Source: an uncultured Solibacteraceae bacterium
Lineage (GTDB): Bacteria > Acidobacteriota > Vicinamibacteria > Vicinamibacterales > SCN-69-37
Assembly (NCBI GenBank): GCA_964423815.1
Contig: CAYRGW010000002.1
Span: 4,590-68,589 of the forward strand
Direction of reading: 5' to 3'
Length of the DNA stretch: 64,000 nucleotides
Position 1 is the first letter of the stretch; each line of letters starts with the position of its first letter. Under the pieces are notes generated by a model. It saw only the letters and a list, made by a program, of their open reading frames with translations, did no database searches and was not told the DNA's origin. Positions 17,828 to 27,067 of this stretch are shown here, piece after piece. Both the position numbers and the translations under genes were made by a program.

Positions 17828-19839
17828 AGGTAGTACCCCAGGATCGCAACGACCCCCACAAAGATCGACATGGCGTAGGCACGGACCGACCCGGTCTGCA
17901 CCCGCCGCAGCACCGCACTCCAGCCACGCACCGTCAGCCCGACGCCGTTGACGATGCCGTCAATGATCCCGGCGTCAACCACCTTCCACAACGTGCCCTC
18001 GGAGATCCGCTTGATGGGCTGCACAAACACCGCGTTGTAGATCTCGTCCACGTAGTACTTGTTCGCGAGCACCGTGTGCACACCGCTGAACTGCGTCGCC
18101 AGGGCGTCCGCGCGTTGCGGATTTTTCTTGAACAGGAAATACGCCAGCGTGATGCCCGCCAGCGCCACCATCACTGAGAAGCCCATCAGGGCCCACTCGG
18201 TCGCAATATCTCCGTGCGCTGGCGCCGCATGCGCCATCTCGCCCGTCAGCGTCATCGCCTGGAAACTCGGTGCCAGGAAGGCCTCAATCTGGTTGTGGCC
18301 GCCCAGCGCGTGCGGCACACCAAAGAAGCCGGCGACGATGGAACCCACCGCGAGGACGACCAATGCGATGGCCATTGCCGGTGGCGCGTCGTGCAGATGT
18401 TCACCGTGTTTGTCGTGGGCACCATGATGACCGTGGTCATCATGGTGACTCGCCGAAGCCTTGGCGGAGGCGGGCGCCAGGTGCGCGCGGCTCTCACCGT
18501 AGAAGGTCATGTAGAGCAGGCGGAACATGTAGGTCGCGGTCAGGAACGCGGCGAGCACCGCGAGCGCCCACAGCACGTAGTGGCCGTGTGAGTACGTCTT
18601 CCAGAGGATTTCGTCCTTCGAGAAGAAGCCGGCAAACGGCGGGATGCCGGCAATGGCAATCGTGCCGATCAGGAACGTCCAGAAGGTAATCGGCAGCTTG
18701 CTCTTCAGGCCGCCCATGTAGCGCATGTCCTGCTGACCGTGCAGCGCGTGAATGACCGCGCCCGATCCGAGGAACAACAGCGCCTTGAAGAACGCGTGTG
18801 TATAGAGATGGAACACACCGCCCGCAAACGAACCGACGCCCACCGCCAGGAACATGTAACCCAGCTGCGACACCGTCGAATACGCAAGCACACGCTTGAT
18901 GTCGTTCTGGACCAGGCCGATGGTGCCGGCAAACAGCGCCGTGACCACACCAATCACCGCAATCACCTCAAGGGTGAAGGGTGCGTGGCTGAAGAGCACC
19001 GCGTTGCGCGCAATCATGTACACACCGGCCGTGACCATCGTGGCGGCGTGGATGAGGGCCGATACCGGCGTCGGGCCTTCCATGGCGTCCGGCAACCAGA
19101 CAAACAGCGGAATCTGCGCCGACTTGCCCGTCGCGCCCACAAACAGCAACAACGTCGCCATCGTGAGTAACCCGGCCCCGGCCATCGTCGCCGGCTCCAC
19201 CGACCAGGTGTTCACCTGGATGGCGAGCTGCTGGAAGTCGAGCGTGCCGAACTCCGTGAAGAGAATCAGCATGCCGAGGATGAAGCCGAAGTCGCCAATA
19301 CGGTTGACGACAAACGCCTTTTTGCCCGCGTCAGCCGCCGCCGGTTTCGTGAAGTAGAAGCCGATGAGCAGATAGGAACAGAGGCCCACGCCTTCCCACC
19401 CGATGAACATCACCGGGAAACTGGCGCCCAGCACCAGAATCAGCATGAACGACGCGAACAGATTCAGATACGAGAAGTACCGCGCAAAGTCCGCGTCGGT
19501 CTCGTCGTGCATGTAGGCCGTGGAATAGAGGTGAATCAGCGTCCCGATGCCCGTCACCACCAGAATCATCAGCGCCGCGAGCGGATCGAGGCGCAGCGCA
19601 AACGGAATCTGGAGATTGCCGGAGGCGATCCAGGTGAACACGTGCTCGTCGATGGCGCGCACGCCACCAATCGGCTCAAGTCCCAGCATCGTCCACACCG
19701 AGACGGCCGCGACGCCGAAGGCGCCGGCCATCGCCGCCGTGGCAATGCCGCCGGTGATGTTCTTGGACCAACGGCGACCAACAGTCGCGTTGACCAGGAA
19801 CCCGAGGAACGGAAGGAGAGGTATCAGCAGCAGGCGCAC
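17818..19839 (-). CDS. nuoL: NADH-quinone oxidoreductase subunit L
   Basis: 673 aa, with a long C-terminal helix region. Position between nuoK and nuoM. Confidence 0.93.
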   Translation of the reverse strand: MRLLLIPLLPFLGFLVNATVGRRWSKNITGGIATAAMAGAFGVAAVSVWTMLGLEPIGGVRAIDEHVFTWIASGNLQIPFALRLDPLAALMILVVTGIGTLIHLYSTAYMHDETDADFARYFSYLNLFASFMLILVLGASFPVMFIGWEGVGLCSYLLIGFYFTKPAAADAGKKAFVVNRIGDFGFILGMLILFTEFGTLDFQQLAIQVNTWSVEPATMAGAGLLTMATLLLFVGATGKSAQIPLFVWLPDAMEGPTPVSALIHAATMVTAGVYMIARNAVLFSHAPFTLEVIAVIGVVTALFAGTIGLVQNDIKRVLAYSTVSQLGYMFLAVGVGSFAGGVFHLYTHAFFKALLFLGSGAVIHALHGQQDMRYMGGLKSKLPITFWTFLIGTIAIAGIPPFAGFFSKDEILWKTYSHGHYVLWALAVLAAFLTATYMFRLLYMTFYGESRAHLAPASAKASASHHDDHGHHGAHDKHGEHLHDAPPAMAIALVVLAVGSIVAGFFGVPHALGGHNQIEAFLAPSFQAMTLTGEMAHAAPAHGDIATEWALMGFSVMVALAGITLAYFLFKKNPQRADALATQFSGVHTVLANKYYVDEIYNAVFVQPIKRISEGTLWKVVDAGIIDGIVNGVGLTVRGWSAVLRRVQTGSVRAYAMSIFVGVVAILGYYLWR

Positions 19840-19843
19840 AGGT

Positions 19844-20155
19844 TCACCACTTCAACGTCGTAAAAGCGTCCGGATTCAGCGTCTCTCGGTGCCGGAACAA
19901 GGCGATGACGATGGCCAGCCCCACGGCCGCTTCCGCCGCGGCCACCGTGATCACAAAAAACGCGATGATTTGACCGTCGACCGTGCCGAGGAATCGATCC
20001 ACGGCGACAAAGGTCAGGTTGACGGCGTTGAGCATCACTTCCACCGAGAGCAGGACCGTGATGAGGTTGCGCCGCAGGAACACACCGGCCGTGCCGATGG
20101 AAAACAGCACGGCGGAGAGCGCCAGATACGTATTGAGCGTGGGTTCAGGCAACAC
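19844..20155 (-). CDS. nuoK: NADH-quinone oxidoreductase subunit K
   Basis: 103 aa, 3 TM. ..LLSVEVMLNAVNL.. Confidence 0.93.
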   Translation of the reverse strand: MLPEPTLNTYLALSAVLFSIGTAGVFLRRNLITVLLSVEVMLNAVNLTFVAVDRFLGTVDGQIIAFFVITVAAAEAAVGLAIVIALFRHRETLNPDAFTTLKW

Positions 20156-20157
20156 GG

Positions 20158-20685
20158 TCAGCGTTCCTTTCGCGCGATGATGACGGCACCAACCATCGCC
20201 ACCAGGATGAGAATCGACGTCGCTTCAAAGGCAAACGCATACTCACGGAAGAGGCGCAGGCCGATGTCGCGCACGGTCGTGGACACGCCGTCGTCCTGCA
20301 CAAACGGCGCATCTGCGATGGTCCGCAGCGCCCAGATCAGCTGGACGGCCAGCACGAGGGCGAGCACCGCGCCAAACCGGCGGGGGCCAGGGCCAATCAC
20401 GAAGCGTGGCTTCTTGTCGTTGCCCTCTTCCTCCTCGGACGACACGTTCAGCAACATGACGACGAAGAGGAACAGCACCATGATGGCGCCGGCGTAGACG
20501 ATGATTTGCAGCACGGCCATGAAGGGCGCGTTGAGCAATACGTAGAGGCCCGAGAGCGCCGCGAACGACACGATCAGGAGCAACACGCTGTACATCGGGT
20601 TGCGCTGGCCGACGACCAGCACCGACGACACGATCATGATGACCGCGAAGATCCAGAAGAAGAGTGCGTCCATCGCGGCTACCAC
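20158..20685 (-). CDS. nuoJ: NADH-quinone oxidoreductase subunit J
   Basis: 175 aa. NPMYSVLLLIVSF..YAGAIMVLFLFVVML. Confidence 0.9.
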   Translation of the reverse strand: MVAAMDALFFWIFAVIMIVSSVLVVGQRNPMYSVLLLIVSFAALSGLYVLLNAPFMAVLQIIVYAGAIMVLFLFVVMLLNVSSEEEEGNDKKPRFVIGPGPRRFGAVLALVLAVQLIWALRTIADAPFVQDDGVSTTVRDIGLRLFREYAFAFEATSILILVAMVGAVIIARKER

Positions 20686-21704
20686 CCCATCCAGAGGACA
20701 ACGCCGGCCGTGACCAGCAGGTTAATCGTGGCCGCCGGCAGCAGCCACTTCCACCCGAACTCCATCAGGTGGTCATACCGGTACCGTGGCAACGTCCACC
20801 GCATCCAGATGTAGAAGAACAGCAGCAGGAAGACCTTGGCGAGGAACCAGACCCAGCCGAGCCAGTCGGGCAGGAACGGTCCGTGCCACCCGCCGAGGTA
20901 GAGGTTCACCGCGACCGCCGACATCGTCGCCATCGCGATGTATTCCGCCATAAAAAACAGCGCGAACGTCATCGAGCTGTATTCGGTGTGATACCCGGCG
21001 ACCAGTTCCTGTTCGGCTTCCGGGAAGTCGAACGGCGCGCGGTTCGTTTCGGCGACGGCCGCCGTCATGAAGATGAAGAACCCGATGGGCTGCAGGAAGA
21101 TGTACCACTTCGGAATGAACCCGAACCAGTACCCCGATTGCGAGTTGACGATGTCGTTGAGCGAGAGGCTCCCGGCCAGCATCACCACCGAGGCCAACGA
21201 CAGACCAAACGACAACTCGTAGCTGATCATCTGCGCCGACGACCGCAGACCACCGAGCAGCGAATATTTGCTGTTGGAGGCCCAGCCGGCGAGCACGATG
21301 CCGTAGACACCCATCGAGGTGATGGCGAACAACGCGAGGACGCCGACGTTGACGTCAGCGGCGACCAGTTTGATGGGGGCGTCGAGCAGACCAAAGAAGT
21401 CGGTAGCGGCCCCGAAGGGCACCACCGAAAACGCCGCAAACGCGGCGACCGCGCACAGGATCGGCGCCAGATAAAACAGGAACGTGTCGGCGCCCTTGGG
21501 CCGCAGTTCCTCCTTCATGACCAGCTTGATGATGTCGGCCAGCGGCTGCATCGCGCCCCACGGACCCACACGGTTGGGGCCGAGGCGCTGCTGCACAAAC
21601 GCGGCGACCTTGCGCTCCATGAGCACCAGGACCGCCGCTGAATTCAGCAGCATGAAAAAGGTAAAGCCGATGACGACGAGATGGGCGATGAGGGTGGAGT
21701 CCAT
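20679..21704 (-). CDS. nuoH: NADH-quinone oxidoreductase subunit H
   Basis: 341 aa. MERKVAAFVQQRLGPNRVGPWG, ETNRAPFDFPEAEQELVAGYHTEYS. Confidence 0.95.
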   Translation of the reverse strand: MDSTLIAHLVVIGFTFFMLLNSAAVLVLMERKVAAFVQQRLGPNRVGPWGAMQPLADIIKLVMKEELRPKGADTFLFYLAPILCAVAAFAAFSVVPFGAATDFFGLLDAPIKLVAADVNVGVLALFAITSMGVYGIVLAGWASNSKYSLLGGLRSSAQMISYELSFGLSLASVVMLAGSLSLNDIVNSQSGYWFGFIPKWYIFLQPIGFFIFMTAAVAETNRAPFDFPEAEQELVAGYHTEYSSMTFALFFMAEYIAMATMSAVAVNLYLGGWHGPFLPDWLGWVWFLAKVFLLLFFYIWMRWTLPRYRYDHLMEFGWKWLLPAATINLLVTAGVVLWMGW

Positions 21705-21707
21705 GGA

Positions 21708-23015
21708 TTAGTGCGCGTGGGCGTGAGCCCGCGCCTCCGAGCGCCAGTCAGCCTTGAGCGTGCAGCGCCCCTCGCGCACATGCGCTTCGAACTCTTCGCG
21801 GAACAGTCCGACGGTGGTGAGCACCGGTGTGGCGGCGGCATCACCAAAGGCACACAACGTTTTGCCCGTGATGTTGTTGGCCACCGAGAGCAGCAGATCG
21901 ATGTCCTTCATCTGCCCCTCGCCGCGTTCAATACGTCCGAGCAGTTTGTGCAGCCAGTCGCCGCCTTCGCGACACGGGGTGCACTTGCCGCACGATTCGT
22001 GTTTGTAGAAGTAGAGGAGATTTTCGGCCGCCCAGACCATGCAGGTCGTCTCATCCATGACGATCATGCCGGCCGAGCCAAGCATCGAGCCCGCCGAGAC
22101 GACGCCGTCAAAACTGGCGGGCACATCGAGTTGATGGGGCAACAGAATCGGCACGGAGGATCCGCCCGGAATGACCGCCTTCAGCGTGTGGCCGTCACGA
22201 ATACCACCGGCGTATTTTTCGTCGTAGATGAGCTCGCGCAGCGTCACGTGCATCGGGGCCTCGTAGACACCCGGCTTCTTCACGTGGCCACTGACGCAAT
22301 ACAGCTTCGGGCCGCCGTTTTTCTCGGGGCCCAGGGCCGCGAACCATTCGGCCCCGCGCGTGATGATGGGCGGCACGTTGCAGAGCGTCTCGACGTTGTT
22401 GACCGCGGTCGGGCAATCGTAGAGACCCGCCACGGCCGGGAACGGCGGCTTCAGGCGGGGCTGTGCACGTTTGCCTTCGAGTGATTCGATGAGCGCGGTC
22501 TCTTCACCGGCTTCATACGCACCCGCGCCGCGATGCACAAAAATCTCGCAATCGAACCCGGTGCCGAAGATGTTCTTGCCGATGAACCCGGCGGCACGCG
22601 CCTTGGCCAGTTCGGCCTCAAGCACCTGCTGCACGTGGTAGAACTCGCCGCGAATGTAGATGTAGGCAACCTTCGCGCCGATCGCGTGACACGCAATCAG
22701 GCATCCTTCAAACACCAGGTGCGGATTCCGTTCCATCAGCACGTGGTCTTTAAACGTGCCCGGTTCACTTTCGTCGGCGTTGCAGCAGATGTATTTCGGC
22801 TTCGGGGACTTCTTGTCCACGAACTGCCACTTCATGCCGGTCGGGAACCCTGCCCCGCCGCGCCCGCGCAGGCCGGACGCCTTGACGACATCCACGACTT
22901 CATCCGGCGTCATCGTCAGCGCCTTGCGCAGCGCTTCGTAGCCGCCCTGCTTCGTGTAGAAGTCGAGCGTGAAGCCGTTGGGCGTGTTCACGTGAGGAGT
23001 AAGAATCAGTTCCAT
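21708..23015 (-). CDS. nuoF: NADH-quinone oxidoreductase subunit F
   Basis: 435 aa. GLRGRGGAGFPTGMKW (FMN/NADH site), ESCGKCTPCREG (N3 cluster). Confidence 0.96.
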   Translation of the reverse strand: MELILTPHVNTPNGFTLDFYTKQGGYEALRKALTMTPDEVVDVVKASGLRGRGGAGFPTGMKWQFVDKKSPKPKYICCNADESEPGTFKDHVLMERNPHLVFEGCLIACHAIGAKVAYIYIRGEFYHVQQVLEAELAKARAAGFIGKNIFGTGFDCEIFVHRGAGAYEAGEETALIESLEGKRAQPRLKPPFPAVAGLYDCPTAVNNVETLCNVPPIITRGAEWFAALGPEKNGGPKLYCVSGHVKKPGVYEAPMHVTLRELIYDEKYAGGIRDGHTLKAVIPGGSSVPILLPHQLDVPASFDGVVSAGSMLGSAGMIVMDETTCMVWAAENLLYFYKHESCGKCTPCREGGDWLHKLLGRIERGEGQMKDIDLLLSVANNITGKTLCAFGDAAATPVLTTVGLFREEFEAHVREGRCTLKADWRSEARAHAHAH

Positions 23016-23025
23016 GATGAGGCTC

Positions 23026-23050
23026 GGCGGGGCTGAAGCCCTCGCCCTAC
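23026..23050. repeat. single REP unit GGCGGGGCTGAAGCCCTCGCCCTAC filling the nuoE-nuoF junction
   Basis: The nuoE stop codon (TAG, 23049-23047) is part of the conserved GTAG of the element. Confidence 0.85.
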
Positions 23051-23649
23051 GCGTGCTCCTTGTGCAGATGGCAGCCCGTCAGTGACGCCGCGCCCTTGGT
23101 GCGGAGTCCATCGACCAGCTTCTGCGCGTCTTCGGGACGCTGGCGCTCGTGCCAGTCGTCGTTGACGCCCACAACCGGCGCGCGGTCACAGGCGCCGAGG
23201 CATTCGACCTCGAACAGCGAAAACGCGCCGTCAGCCGTGGTCTCACCGGCGGAGATGCCGAGGACTTTCTGCAGCTCTTCGGTCACACGTTCGGCGCCAT
23301 TGAGCGCACAGGACAACGTCCGGCACACCTGGATGACATGTTTGCCCACCGGCCGCTGGTAGAACATCGTGTAGAACGACACGACATCCTCGACCTCGGC
23401 GGTCGAAATCCGGATGGCGGCCGCGACGGCCTTCATGGCGTTGCGGGACACGTAGCCCTGCTGCCGCTGCGCGAGATACAGGGCGGCGAGGACGGCCGAC
23501 TTGCGCTGCTCCGCCGGATACCGGCTGCAGATCTCTTCGAGCTTCGCCAGGTTCTCCGGCGTATAGGCAAACGCGGGACCTTCATCAGCCAACTGGCGTG
23601 CAGACTGCTGCATGCCGCGGCCGTAATCCATCAGGGGGTGAAAACTCAT
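23047..23649 (-). CDS. nuoE: NADH-quinone oxidoreductase subunit E
   Basis: 200 aa. VCRTLSCALNGA...ECLGACDRAPV (2Fe-2S ligands). Confidence 0.94.
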   Translation of the reverse strand: MSFHPLMDYGRGMQQSARQLADEGPAFAYTPENLAKLEEICSRYPAEQRKSAVLAALYLAQRQQGYVSRNAMKAVAAAIRISTAEVEDVVSFYTMFYQRPVGKHVIQVCRTLSCALNGAERVTEELQKVLGISAGETTADGAFSLFEVECLGACDRAPVVGVNDDWHERQRPEDAQKLVDGLRTKGAASLTGCHLHKEHA

Positions 23650-24833
23650 CGGTCCACGTCTCCCATCACCACGTCCGTCGAGCCGATTACGGCGATGACG
23701 TCGGCGATCAAACCACCTTTAATCATGTGCGGCAGTGCCTGGCACGCCAGGAAGGACGGCGCGCGCGACTTGATGCGAATCGGGCGATTGCCGCCGTCGG
23801 ACACGACGTAGAAGCCGTGTTCACCGCGGGGGCCTTCGACCGGCACATAGGCTTCGCCCTTCGGCACGTTGAAACCCTGCGAATAGATCAGGAAGTGCTG
23901 AATCAGCGCTTCCATCTCCGTGTACACACGATCCTTGGGCGGCGGCACAATGCGGTAGTCGCCGCAGTCATACACGCCGGTCGGCGTAATCCGCTCAAGG
24001 GCCTGCTGACAGATCCTGACGCTCTGCCGCATCTCCTCGACCTTGACCTGATACCGCGCAAAGACGTCGCCGGCCGTCTGCGTCGGCACGGTGAAATCAA
24101 ACGTCTCGTATTTGAGATACGGCCAGACCTTGCGCACGTCGTAGTTGATGCCGACGGCACGCGCCATCGGGCCCACGAGGCCGAGGCTCAGCGTGTCTTC
24201 CTTCGAGAGTTTGCCCACGCCGACGGTGCGCTTCGTCCACACCTGGTTCTTGGTGAGCATCAGCTCGTAGTTGTCGATGGCCGCCGGCATCTTGTCGAGC
24301 AGCGCCTTGACCGCCTTGTGATACCCACGCGGCAGGTCCTCACGCAAGCCACCCACACGCAGGTAACTCGGGAACATGCGGAAACCCGCGATCATCTCGT
24401 TGAGGTTGAGCAGCTGTTCGCGCTCGCGGAACGCGTACATCATCACCGATACCGCGCCGATTTCCATGGCGTGGGTCGCGAGCCACACGAGGTGGCTGTT
24501 CAGGCGCTGCAGCTCGGCGATGAGCACCCGGATGTAGGTGACGCGGTCGGGCATCTCGAGGCCGAGCAGTCGTTCGACCGAGAGGCAAAACGACAGGCTG
24601 TTGGACTGGGCACCGAGGTAGTCCATGCGCTCGACGAGCGGGATGACCTGCTGCCACTTCTTCTGCTCCGCGGTCTTTTCAATGCCCGTGTGCAGAAACC
24701 CGATGGTGGGCTCGGCATTCACGATGGTTTCGCCATCGAGCTCGAGCACCAACCGCAATACGCCGTGGGTACTGGGGTGCTGCGGCCCCATGTTCACGGT
24801 CATCGTTTCCTGGCGCATCTCGGGCATCGTCAT
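23646..24833 (-). CDS. nuoD: NADH-quinone oxidoreductase subunit D
   Basis: 395 aa. NMGPQHPSTHGVLRL..., C-terminal ..IAVIGSTDVVMGDVDR. Confidence 0.96.
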   Translation of the reverse strand: MTMPEMRQETMTVNMGPQHPSTHGVLRLVLELDGETIVNAEPTIGFLHTGIEKTAEQKKWQQVIPLVERMDYLGAQSNSLSFCLSVERLLGLEMPDRVTYIRVLIAELQRLNSHLVWLATHAMEIGAVSVMMYAFREREQLLNLNEMIAGFRMFPSYLRVGGLREDLPRGYHKAVKALLDKMPAAIDNYELMLTKNQVWTKRTVGVGKLSKEDTLSLGLVGPMARAVGINYDVRKVWPYLKYETFDFTVPTQTAGDVFARYQVKVEEMRQSVRICQQALERITPTGVYDCGDYRIVPPPKDRVYTEMEALIQHFLIYSQGFNVPKGEAYVPVEGPRGEHGFYVVSDGGNRPIRIKSRAPSFLACQALPHMIKGGLIADVIAVIGSTDVVMGDVDR

Positions 24834-24841
24834 TTCCCACT

Positions 24842-24866
24842 GGCGAACCTAAAGGTTCTGCCCTAC
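24842..24866. repeat. single REP unit GGCGAACCTAAAGGTTCTGCCCTAC filling the gmhA-like/nuoD junction
   Basis: Same 25-nt architecture as the other REP units. Abuts the TAA stop of the SIS gene. Confidence 0.8.
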
Positions 24867-25433
24867 TTAAATTCCGTCTTCGATCCACTCACACACCGCG
24901 TGGATCCACGTGCGGTGCACTTCCTGAATTCGTGCGGTGACATCACTTGGAACGTTCACCACCACGTCGGCCAGGCCGACCGTTTCGCCCCCGCCTCGCC
25001 CGGTGAGCGCAATCGTCACCAGGCCTTGCGCCTTCGCCGCCTGCAGCGCCGCGGCCACGTTGGCGGACCGACCGCTCGTCGTAATCCCGAGCGCCACATC
25101 GCCGGCCTGCCCCAGCGCCTCGATCTGCCGGGCGAACACCGCCGTAAATCCCAGGTCGTTCCCCGCGGCCGTGAGCACCGCACCGTCGCTCGCCAGCGCC
25201 AGCGCCGCAATCGCCCGCCGTGTGCGCGCATAGCGCACCACGAGTTCTGCGGCCAGGTGCTGCGCGTCGGTCGCACTGCCCCCGTTGCCAAACACCAGCA
25301 CCTTGCGGCCCGCGTGCACCGCGTCGCGTATCAATCCCGCCGCACGCGCGGCCTCGGCACCCGACTCGGTCACAAACGCCCGATGCGCCTCGACCGTGCT
25401 GTCCACCGCGTCGGCCAGGCGGCGGTCAAACAT
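24867..25433 (-). CDS. gmhA: SIS-domain D-sedoheptulose-7-phosphate isomerase-like protein
   Basis: 188 aa. KVLVFGNGGSATDAQHLAAEL, GDVALGITTSGRSANV, RIQEVH. Embedded between nuoC and nuoD. Confidence 0.8.
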   Translation of the reverse strand: MFDRRLADAVDSTVEAHRAFVTESGAEAARAAGLIRDAVHAGRKVLVFGNGGSATDAQHLAAELVVRYARTRRAIAALALASDGAVLTAAGNDLGFTAVFARQIEALGQAGDVALGITTSGRSANVAAALQAAKAQGLVTIALTGRGGGETVGLADVVVNVPSDVTARIQEVHRTWIHAVCEWIEDGI

Positions 25434-26084
25434 CTACTGTCCCCGCGTTTTCGCGAGGGTGTCTGACGCGGCGCGCGAGGCACGCACGTTCGCGGCAAAC
25501 TCTTCCGGCGTCAGTTCCATCGGCGACCACTTCTGGGCGTCCTTGCGCACCTGGACCGGATAGTCCTTGCGCAGCGGATGCCCCGTCCAGTCGTCCGGCG
25601 TCAGAATGCGACGCAGGTCAGGATGGCCGGTGAACACAATGCCGAACAGGTCATAAATTTCGCGCTCGAGCCAGTTGGCCGCCAGCCACAAGCCCGACAA
25701 CGTCGGCGCCCACGGCGTGTTGGCCTTGTCTCCGGCATCGACCCGCACCTTCAGGCGCAGACGACGTGCGGGCGCAGCGCCACCCGGCTGCGCAAACGCA
25801 TCACCCAGGCACGCCAGGTGGTACACGACTTCGTATCGCGGCGTCTCCGGGTAATAGTCGACCGCCGTGATTTCCACGAGGAACGAAAACTGGAGGGCGG
25901 GATGATCGCGCAGCGTGCGGCAGACTTCGACGATGTGCTCGCGCGGCACGTAGGCCGTCGGCATGTCGACGGCGTCCGCCGGCTCAATGCTGATCGACGG
26001 CGCGGCCTGGCGGACCAGGTCCAGCACGCTCAGGTCCATCGTTGTGGGAATCGTCGACGACGGAGTCAGGGCGACGTCGCTCAT
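25434..26084 (-). CDS. nuoC: NADH-quinone oxidoreductase subunit C
   Basis: 216 aa. [33 protein letters not shown]. Confidence 0.94.
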   Translation of the reverse strand: MSDVALTPSSTIPTTMDLSVLDLVRQAAPSISIEPADAVDMPTAYVPREHIVEVCRTLRDHPALQFSFLVEITAVDYYPETPRYEVVYHLACLGDAFAQPGGAAPARRLRLKVRVDAGDKANTPWAPTLSGLWLAANWLEREIYDLFGIVFTGHPDLRRILTPDDWTGHPLRKDYPVQVRKDAQKWSPMELTPEEFAANVRASRAASDTLAKTRGQ

Positions 26085-26614
26085 GCCGACATCCTCGTTT
26101 TGTCGATCTTCCGCTGGAGCTGAACGATGCCGTAGATGAGCGCTTCAGGACGCGGGGGGCATCCGGGCACAAACACGTCCACCGGCACCACCTGATCCAC
26201 ACCCTGGACGATGGCGTAGTTGTCGAACACGCCGCCGCAGCTGGCGCAGGCACCCATCGAAATCACCCACTTGGGCTCGGGCATCTGGTCGTAGATGCGG
26301 CGCAGCACGGGGGCCATTTTCCGGGAGAGCCGACCAGCCACGATCATCAAGTCGGACTGGCGCGGGGACCCGCGGAAGACCTCGGCGCCAAACCGCGCGA
26401 CGTCGTACCGGCCCGCGGCCATCGCCATCATCTCAATGGCGCAACACGCGAGACCAAAGGTGACCGGCCAGATGGCCGAGCGGCGGGCCCACTGGACCAT
26501 CTTTTCGACCGAGGTCGTCAGGATGGAGCCTTCGGCCACGTCCGCGTGGGTGTTGGGCAACGCCACGCTGCCCGGGAATGCCACGTTCGAGTGAGGGAAC
26601 GTCGTCCGGCTCAT
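26081..26614 (-). CDS. nuoB: NADH-quinone oxidoreductase subunit B
   Basis: 177 aa. [29 protein letters not shown] (N2 cluster). Confidence 0.96.
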   Translation of the reverse strand: MSRTTFPHSNVAFPGSVALPNTHADVAEGSILTTSVEKMVQWARRSAIWPVTFGLACCAIEMMAMAAGRYDVARFGAEVFRGSPRQSDLMIVAGRLSRKMAPVLRRIYDQMPEPKWVISMGACASCGGVFDNYAIVQGVDQVVPVDVFVPGCPPRPEALIYGIVQLQRKIDKTRMSA

Positions 26615-26979
26615 CGTTCGACCTCTTTGCTCCAGTCAAACACGCCCTTGCGCCACACATAGATGTAGCCGGTGATCAGCAGGGCGAAAAAAAACACGAT
26701 TTGGAAGTAGGCCACCGGGCCCAGCTCACGGAACGCCATCGCCCACGGATAAAGGAAGGCGATTTCAATGTCGAACAGGAGAAAAATCATCGCCACCAGG
26801 TAGAACTTGACCGACTGGCGCTCGCGGGCGTCGCCCACCGGGGGCATGCCGCATTCGTAGGCCGCGGATTTTTCCGGCGTGGGTTTCCGGGGGCCGACCA
26901 ACTGGGACAGACCGACCATTCCGCCGGCAAACGCCAGCCCGAGGCCGATCATGATGAGGATTGGTAAAAAGCCGTCCAT
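26611..26979 (-). CDS. nuoA: NADH-quinone oxidoreductase subunit A
   Basis: 122 aa, 3 [33 protein letters not shown]. Confidence 0.94.
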   Translation of the reverse strand: MDGFLPILIMIGLGLAFAGGMVGLSQLVGPRKPTPEKSAAYECGMPPVGDARERQSVKFYLVAMIFLLFDIEIAFLYPWAMAFRELGPVAYFQIVFFFALLITGYIYVWRKGVFDWSKEVER

Positions 26980-27067
26980 GCAGTGATTTCCTTCGACCCT
27001 CGCCTACCGCAACCTGTCCCCTTCTGGGACGCTTGTACGTCGCGTGATCAAAGTGAGATGCTAACAC

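Noticed and set aside
18391-18455. His-rich insertion ASHHDDHGHHGAHDKHGEHLH in NuoL as a possible metal-binding novelty
   Set aside because: This loop, just before the conserved H..HE.P region, is variable and often His-rich in NuoL homologues. The sequence alone gives no basis for a special function.
23598-25466. 622-aa plus-strand ORF antisense to nuoD and the gmhA-like gene
   Set aside because: Same high-GC artefact. It has no recognisable motif, and both genes on the other strand are well supported.
26985-27012. Possible degenerate REP half-site (..CTTCGACCCTCGCCTAC..) in the nuoA / GT divergent region
   Set aside because: It matches only the 3' half of the REP consensus, has a 1-nt deletion in CGCCCTAC and lacks a complementary 5' arm. 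That is too weak to call.
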